Shown: piece after piece, positions 59,155-64,000 of the stretch
How the letters are laid out: each line of letters starts with the position of its first letter
Position numbering within the stretch: position 1 is the first letter of the stretch
NCBI GenBank assembly: GCA_964561855.1
Contig: CAZLQP010000002.1
Location: 64,475-128,474 of the forward strand
Source: an uncultured Burkholderiales bacterium
GTDB lineage: Bacteria; Actinomycetota; Acidimicrobiia; IMCC26256; JAGPDB01
Reading direction: 5' to 3'
DNA length: 64,000 bases
The notes under the pieces: model-generated
The model's database searches: none
Seen by the model: the letters and a program-made list of their open reading frames with translations, nothing else
Told to the model about the DNA's origin: nothing
Made by a program: the position numbers and the translations under genes

Positions 59155-59282
59155 GTTTGGTGGTGGATCCAGCGAGTATCTGAGATCGCATTTGCAGCGA
59201 GAGAAGAGACCTTAGGCTCTTCTCGTCAGCGAAGCTGCGCGAAACGCGATCGAAGATAGTCGCTGGGTTCACCACCGAAAAC
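59155..59282 (-). ncRNA. Unclassified multi-hairpin element, copy B (candidate structured RNA in the rpsG-fusA spacer)
   Basis: Imperfect outer stem of about 23 bp (59159-59181 / 59254-59276, extendable). gatcgc/gcgatc helix. 58-nt core at 59188-59245, homologous to 26384-26441. Confidence 0.6.
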
Positions 59283-59288
59283 CGAGTG

Positions 59289-59774
59289 TTACCATCTAAA
59301 GTGAGCAAATGCTTTGTTAGCTTCTGCCATCTTTTGAAGGTCATCACGTTTTTTGATTGATGTACCAACACCATTTGCTGCATCGATAATTTCTTGAGCA
59401 AGTCGTTGCGCCATAGTTTTTTCACGACGTTTACGAGAGTGCTCTACAATCCATCGAATAGCTAAAGTTGTTGCACGACGAGGCTTTACTTCAACTGGTA
59501 CTTGGTATGTTGCACCACCGACACGACGAGAACGAACTTCCAAAGCTGGACGAACATTTTCGATTGCTTTTTTCAGCGTTGGAATTGGATCTCCTGCTTG
59601 CGCATCTTCTGTTTTCTTTTCCTTGACAATTTCAAGTGCGTCATAAACAATTTTTGCTGCAACAGATTTTTTTCCGTGCAAAAGAATTTTGTTAATTAAT
59701 TGTTGAACTACAACTGAATGATAAATCGGATCAGGTAATAGTTCTCTTCTGGGAGCTGGACCTTTACGTGGCAT
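59289..59774 (-). CDS. rpsG: 30S ribosomal protein S7
   Basis: [18 protein letters not shown] ... AFAHFRW. Confidence 0.98.
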   Translation of the reverse strand: MPRKGPAPRRELLPDPIYHSVVVQQLINKILLHGKKSVAAKIVYDALEIVKEKKTEDAQAGDPIPTLKKAIENVRPALEVRSRRVGGATYQVPVEVKPRRATTLAIRWIVEHSRKRREKTMAQRLAQEIIDAANGVGTSIKKRDDLQKMAEANKAFAHFRW

Positions 59775-60151
59775 TAGGACTTAGCCTCCTTCTTCGCACC
59801 ATAACGACTTCGAGCTTGTTTACGATTTGCAACACCTGCAGCATCGAGTGTTCCTCGAACTACTTTGTATCGCACACCTGGAAGGTCCTTTACTCGACCT
59901 CCACGAACAAGAACGATTGAGTGCTCTTGAAGGTTATGACCAATACCTGGAATGTAAGCTGTTACTTCAACTCCAGTGCTTAGACGAACACGCGCTATTT
60001 TTCTTAGAGCTGAGTTCGGTTTACGAGGGGTAAGAGTTTTTACTTGGGTACATACTCCACGACGTTGTGGTGACCCTTTCAAAGCTGGTACCACAGATTT
60101 TGTGGTTTTATCTTTTCGTCCTTTACGAACGAGCTGTTCAATTGTTGGCAC
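59774..60151 (-). CDS. rpsL: 30S ribosomal protein S12
   Basis: [11 protein letters not shown]... [12 protein letters not shown] start 7 nt after AGGAG. Confidence 0.98.
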   Translation of the reverse strand: MPTIEQLVRKGRKDKTTKSVVPALKGSPQRRGVCTQVKTLTPRKPNSALRKIARVRLSTGVEVTAYIPGIGHNLQEHSIVLVRGGRVKDLPGVRYKVVRGTLDAAGVANRKQARSRYGAKKEAKS

Positions 60152-60289
60152 TAAGGCTCTCCTTATTCCTTCAACGAGAGAAGGTTTGCTTTTCTTCGAC
60201 TATCAAAAGTCCTTACTAAGTTTTGACTTAGCTCCGGCAATCTTGATAAAAGTCAGCACGGCGCTCAGCAACGTCAAAACAGAAATCAT

Positions 60290-60319
60290 ATTCTACGCGT
60301 ATTGGACACCCTTGAGCAA
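60290..60319 (-). promoter_or_regulatory. Candidate str-operon promoter TTGCTC-18 nt-TAGAAT
   Basis: Read on the minus strand about 140 nt upstream of rpsL and downstream of the 60337..60391 terminator. Confidence 0.5.
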
Positions 60320-60336
60320 AATTGTGCGAAAAAGAT

Positions 60337-60391
60337 CAAAAAGCAGTTCGAAGTAGGACCAAATCGGCCTCATACTTCGGACTGCTTTTTT
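60337..60391. terminator. Bidirectional-looking terminator hairpin (gcagttcgaagta / tacttcggactgc), flanked by an A-run and a T-run
   Basis: 13-bp stem with one mismatch. AAAAA lies 5' and TTTTTT lies 3' on the plus strand. It follows the sigma/anti-sigma pair on the minus strand. Confidence 0.75.
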
Positions 60392-60417
60392 CTAATTGAG
60401 TTTAAATCCGTGTATTT

Positions 60418-60924
60418 CTATGGATTCGTCGATACTGTGTCGTCATCGTCATCGTCATCGTCATCGGAGTCGTCGTCATCAGAATCGTCATCAGAGTCAT
60501 CGTCATCGTCATCGGAGTCATCGTCGTCATAGTCAGGAGATGTAGAGACTGAACTACCTTCAGATCTAGAAGATGAATCATCGTCAGAAGAACTACTTCG
60601 GCGTGATGATTCTCGACGATCGTCGTCGTCATCGGAGTCATCATCAGATATTGTTGAGACAGTTGTATTTACCGTTGTCGAAGTTGAGTTATCATCTTGT
60701 TCGACCCGGACACGATCACGATCATCCGCTGTATCAATGTTGCTCGATGTATTTGTCACACCAAATGCAGCACCACCAATCGCAATTACTAAAAGACTCG
60801 CAAGAGCTGTTGCAACAATTCTCTGCCTTCTCACTCGTTGGCCAATAACAGCCTTTGCTCTTTGAGAGACATCATCAGGAACTATGATTTCCTGATCATC
60901 ATCTAAATCTTTAAAATTTGTCAT
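60418..60924 (-). CDS. Single-pass membrane protein co-translated with the ECF sigma (anti-sigma-like position), with an extreme Asp/Ser tail
   Basis: 168 aa. ATGA overlap with the sigma gene. TM segment IVATALASLLVIAIGGAAFGV. The C-terminal 90 aa are dominated by D and S. Confidence 0.65.
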   Translation of the reverse strand: MTNFKDLDDDQEIIVPDDVSQRAKAVIGQRVRRQRIVATALASLLVIAIGGAAFGVTNTSSNIDTADDRDRVRVEQDDNSTSTTVNTTVSTISDDDSDDDDDRRESSRRSSSSDDDSSSRSEGSSVSTSPDYDDDDSDDDDDDSDDDSDDDDSDDDDDDDDDTVSTNP

Positions 60925-61454
60925 GGTTTTACCTCCACCATTGTTCTTAATCGGCTAAGTGCGTCATGCAAAGTTGATTTAACAGTGCCTACGCTTAAAT
61001 TGAGCGCTGAAGCAGTATCTGCCTCAGATAAATCTGCAAGGTATCTCATTGAAACTATGTCACGCTGACGTGACGATAATTTTTTCAAAGCTTTTCTTAG
61101 ATCAAGTCGGATATCAGATAGGTAATTGGTTGATTGTTGATCTGTCGATTGAAAATTATGCGCATATTTCCTTCTGACCGCATCTTTACGCCAACCAGAT
61201 ATGACAAGCCTTGTAGCAACCTTTGCTGCATATCCATTTGCATAATTGTCTTCAAGCATGTTCTTTTCGATCAATCTTGCGATAGTCTCGATTGCGACGT
61301 CTTCTGATGCTTCTCGATGTCCTAACAATTTGAATGCAACTCGGTAAGAAACTTTGTAAATCTCTTCATAACGATCGTCATCCATTGATAACTTCTCGGT
61401 ATCAGTTAGTAAATTCATCCTTGTGACTGTAGTCCTAGTTTCATGTTTTGGCAT
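60921..61454 (-). CDS. ECF-type sigma-70 family factor (start uncertain: 61454, 61466 or 61418)
   Basis: Region 4 HTH: SMRYLADLSEADTASALNLSVGTVKSTLHDALSRL. Region 2-like EDVAIETIARL. The ORF-track start at 61565 is probably too long. Confidence 0.8.
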   Translation of the reverse strand: MPKHETRTTVTRMNLLTDTEKLSMDDDRYEEIYKVSYRVAFKLLGHREASEDVAIETIARLIEKNMLEDNYANGYAAKVATRLVISGWRKDAVRRKYAHNFQSTDQQSTNYLSDIRLDLRKALKKLSSRQRDIVSMRYLADLSEADTASALNLSVGTVKSTLHDALSRLRTMVEVKP

Positions 61455-61660
61455 TGTCACGCTCATACAAATACAAACGCTTCTCAACGTAAAAAGGTTG
61501 GGAGAAAATAAAAATGCCTTCTGAACAGGTATTATATAAAAAATGTTCTGATAATCCCTGTTCACGGCCGTTTTCTAGAAGATTTAAAATCTTGTAGTCC
61601 ATTTCCTTCTAAGGAGCGTCTTCTTATGATTAGCCCAAAAATGTACCCCACGGAGGAACA

Positions 61661-62500
61661 ATGAAATTAAGGAAGATCTCAACACTTCTAGGAATAATCG
61701 GTACCACGATGCTATTGACCGCATGCGTACCTCAAGTGCCTGGACTACCGACACCGCCCATTCCGACAACATCTACCAGCACTACTACTACAACTACCAC
61801 TACGACTACGCCTGAACCAGTTATTCAAAATGGATCAGCCCAAGTTTTATGTGGTGAATCATCTGGAAGCTTACCTCTTCCGGAAAAAGAATACTTTGCA
61901 ATCAATACAACAAAATCTGGCGATGTCCTACTTACATTATCTACAAAACCAAATTATCATGGCACTTTTGACAACCTAAATGATGGAGTATTGTTTAACA
62001 AAATTGCCGAAGCGCAAGTTGGAGTACCTAAAGCGATTGCCAAATCATCTAGCGACACTACTTGGTTTACTCTTATCTACAACTACGAGTACGAATACTT
62101 GAATGCGGGGTATACACAACTAGTAGAAACTGAAATCATTTTTGAGGTCCGTATGGAAGGAAATAGAATTTCTGTTAAGAGTAACCTAGGTTCTAGGGCT
62201 TACGCAGCAACTAATTTCGAAAGTTTGTCTTCAGTAACTATTGGACATTTCTCCACTGAAGATTTTCTTGCAGCCGAAAAATACACTGGCACAGATACAC
62301 TCGAACCAGATACACTCCTCGGAGATCCGACATTCGAGCGTCCGTTTGGTTGGGGCTATTCCGGAGATCAAATCGGAATCTCATCGAATCCGACACCACC
62401 TGTTGGGCCTGTAGAAAATAGCGCTTCTATATTCGATCGAATCGCAATCGACGAAAAACAGACCAGATTCGGATGTGTTGCTTCTGCATCACTCAGCTAA
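61661..62500 (+). CDS. Putative lipoprotein with a poly-Thr linker
   Basis: MKLRKISTLLGIIGTTMLLTAC lipobox. GGAGG RBS. 279 aa. Confidence 0.75.
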   Translation: MKLRKISTLLGIIGTTMLLTACVPQVPGLPTPPIPTTSTSTTTTTTTTTTPEPVIQNGSAQVLCGESSGSLPLPEKEYFAINTTKSGDVLLTLSTKPNYHGTFDNLNDGVLFNKIAEAQVGVPKAIAKSSSDTTWFTLIYNYEYEYLNAGYTQLVETEIIFEVRMEGNRISVKSNLGSRAYAATNFESLSSVTIGHFSTEDFLAAEKYTGTDTLEPDTLLGDPTFERPFGWGYSGDQIGISSNPTPPVGPVENSASIFDRIAIDEKQTRFGCVASASLS

Positions 62501-62518
62501 TTAACCACCCATTTCAAA

Positions 62519-62549
62519 AGGCCCAGTTCTCTGGGCCTTCTTTATTTCC
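62519..62549 (+). terminator. Intrinsic terminator (AGGCCCAG-ttct-CTGGGCCT, then TCTTTATTT)
   Basis: Read directly, downstream of the lipoprotein gene. Confidence 0.8.
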
Positions 62550-62648
62550 CGTGCTTGTAGTCTTTTTTCGAGATTCCATAGTCTTCCTATTATGTTTGCC
62601 ATAATGTACGCCGAGAATCGAAGGTATCTTCAAATCCTTGGGGTGTCT

Positions 62649-63218
62649 ATGGCGTCTAATTCAACTCAACAAGACAATGTCATTGAATTAGCTTTGCGTG
62701 CAAACAGGGTTGACCTAGATTCAATAAAAAACGAATATGAGTCGAGCTATAAGAACTATTTTGGTTATGCATATTCTTTAACATCGTCGACAGATGCCTC
62801 TAAAGAAATAGTGCAGAGCGTTTTTGCTCGGTTAGTCTCGAGAACAAAGAAAAAAGGGTTTTTGCATATTGAAAATCTGGAAGCATATATTGTACGGAGC
62901 ATCCGAAACGAACATGTGGACAGGAACAAGAAAGAATTACGCAACATAACAATTAGATCAGAAGAAACTGAATCTCATCCATCAGCAGAGCACATTCATT
63001 TTGATGGTGTACAAAATGAGAGTCTTTCTCGAGCAATCCAAAAACTTCCCACCGCACAAAGAACTTGCGTTGTCATGCGCTACTTTGATGATTTCTCTGT
63101 CGAGAAAATCTCAAAAGAACTAGGTATTTCTAAAAGTGCAGTTAAGACTCACATTCAAAGGGCTCGAGCTGCTCTAAATCGACACCTTCAAGATATAGAA
63201 GGAGGTGAAGCTATATGA
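62649..63218 (+). CDS. ECF-type sigma-70 family factor (alternative start at 62592)
   Basis: Region 4: QRTCVVMRYFDDFSVEKISKELGISKSAVKTHIQRARAAL. Region 2-like segment EIVQSVFARL. Confidence 0.8.
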   Translation: MASNSTQQDNVIELALRANRVDLDSIKNEYESSYKNYFGYAYSLTSSTDASKEIVQSVFARLVSRTKKKGFLHIENLEAYIVRSIRNEHVDRNKKELRNITIRSEETESHPSAEHIHFDGVQNESLSRAIQKLPTAQRTCVVMRYFDDFSVEKISKELGISKSAVKTHIQRARAALNRHLQDIEGGEAI

Positions 63219-63979
63219 GCAACGATACCTTAATTAAAGAGGCCATTGAGCAAACTATTGATGAAGCTTCTCTTTACGCACCGGACTTGAATTGGGATGA
63301 AGTTTTAATCCTTTCGAAGGACACGAAACCATTTAATCAAGATAACTTTTATTTCAGTCACCGAAGACTGATTTCAATAGCAGCATCAATTTTATTGATT
63401 GCAGTAGTTTCGACTTTGTTACTCACAAACTACATTGGAGGATCCGATGATGTCGATGTAGTAGAAGACACCAAAGAGACAAATGAAATCGTCGAGACAG
63501 TACCGACTAGTATCACCACGACGACAACTCTGCCCGCCACTAGCACCACAGTAGCTCCGAACGCGAACAGATCTTCCACCACCCCGAGCACAGGTACACC
63601 TCAACCAACCGTCACACCCACAACGTCAATAGTTCAAAGCCTTGAGATTTGGGCGATGCAACCTGTCACATTGAACTACAGCAATACTGGTTCAACCCAA
63701 ACATACTACCCTCGTGTAGAGTTACGCACGCTTAGCGAAACTGGTAATTTTCCTGTAAACGTGACAGTCGAAATTGTAGACTACGCAGGAGTTAATTCCG
63801 TTTTTCATCAATACAAATTGAACATTCAACCGCAGCAGGATGCATACACCATCGTATCCCCTGTCGGAGTTCCCATAGGGCAATGCCAGCGATATTGGTT
63901 CTCCATGACTGTCGAATGGGACGGAAAATCACGCAGTTCGGGAACTGCAGACATAAATCCAATATCAGGTTGTCCATAG
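63215..63979 (+). CDS. Single-pass membrane protein translationally coupled to the ECF sigma (anti-sigma-like position)
   Basis: ATGA overlap. TM segment LISIAASILLIAVVSTLLL. Thr/Pro linker. C-terminal beta-rich domain with two Cys. No HxxxCxxC zinc motif. Confidence 0.6.
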   Translation: MSNDTLIKEAIEQTIDEASLYAPDLNWDEVLILSKDTKPFNQDNFYFSHRRLISIAASILLIAVVSTLLLTNYIGGSDDVDVVEDTKETNEIVETVPTSITTTTTLPATSTTVAPNANRSSTTPSTGTPQPTVTPTTSIVQSLEIWAMQPVTLNYSNTGSTQTYYPRVELRTLSETGNFPVNVTVEIVDYAGVNSVFHQYKLNIQPQQDAYTIVSPVGVPIGQCQRYWFSMTVEWDGKSRSSGTADINPISGCP

Positions 63980-64000
63980 CTCGTCGTAAGCAGGCCTTTT

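Noticed and set aside
61579-61593. 15-bp AT-rich palindrome aagatttaaaatctt in the divergent sigma/lipoprotein promoter region, considered as a possible operator.
   Set aside because: Short A/T palindromes are expected by chance in DNA this AT-rich. There is no second copy and no flanking motif to support a binding site.
61584-61772. 62-aa minus-strand ORF in the sigma/lipoprotein intergenic region.
   Set aside because: It overlaps the 5' end of the well-supported lipoprotein gene on the other strand. It has no RBS and no recognisable features.

Overview
This is an AT-rich window (by eye about 60% A+T, not computed) from an actinobacterial-type chromosome. All but four genes are on the minus strand. 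Read in the minus-strand direction it holds two ECF sigma modules, then a nearly complete ribosomal super-operon: str (rpsL-rpsG-fusA...tuf), S10 (rpsJ...rplC to rpsQ), spc (rplN to rplO...secY-adk) and alpha (infA-rpmJ-rpsM-rpsK-rpsD-rpoA-rplQ). These are followed by truA, rplM-rpsI-glmM, an oversized GlmS-like gene, acpS, alr, tsaE-tsaB-rimI-tsaD, groES with a CIRCE operator, a fused B12 mutase, a CoA-type Nudix, guaB3-like, guaA, two lipoproteins, pcrA, sucCD, a Pro-rich membrane protein, purN and the start of purH. This gene order matches the known Mycobacterium/Actinomycetota synteny blocks. I recognised no rRNA, tRNA, CRISPR array, transposase or integrase. Four things stand out. (1) A roughly 115-130 nt multi-hairpin element occurs twice, in the rplQ/truA and rpsG/fusA spacers. 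The two copies share a co-linear 58-nt core and show compensatory stem changes, so it is a candidate unclassified structured RNA. (2) A family of GC-rich palindromic intergenic repeats has the core GGGTCAG(T/A)CC at seven sites. (3) Normally invariant ribosomal-operon junctions are interrupted by accessory genes at fusA|tuf, tuf|rpsJ, rpsJ|rplC, rplO|secY and adk|infA. The cargo includes a 1457-aa surface protein and a protein with an LPRTG sorting signal in mid-chain. (4) A 1135-aa GlmS-like enzyme carries a large insertion and a C-terminal extension. All functional calls rest on motif recognition and synteny by eye. No database search was run.
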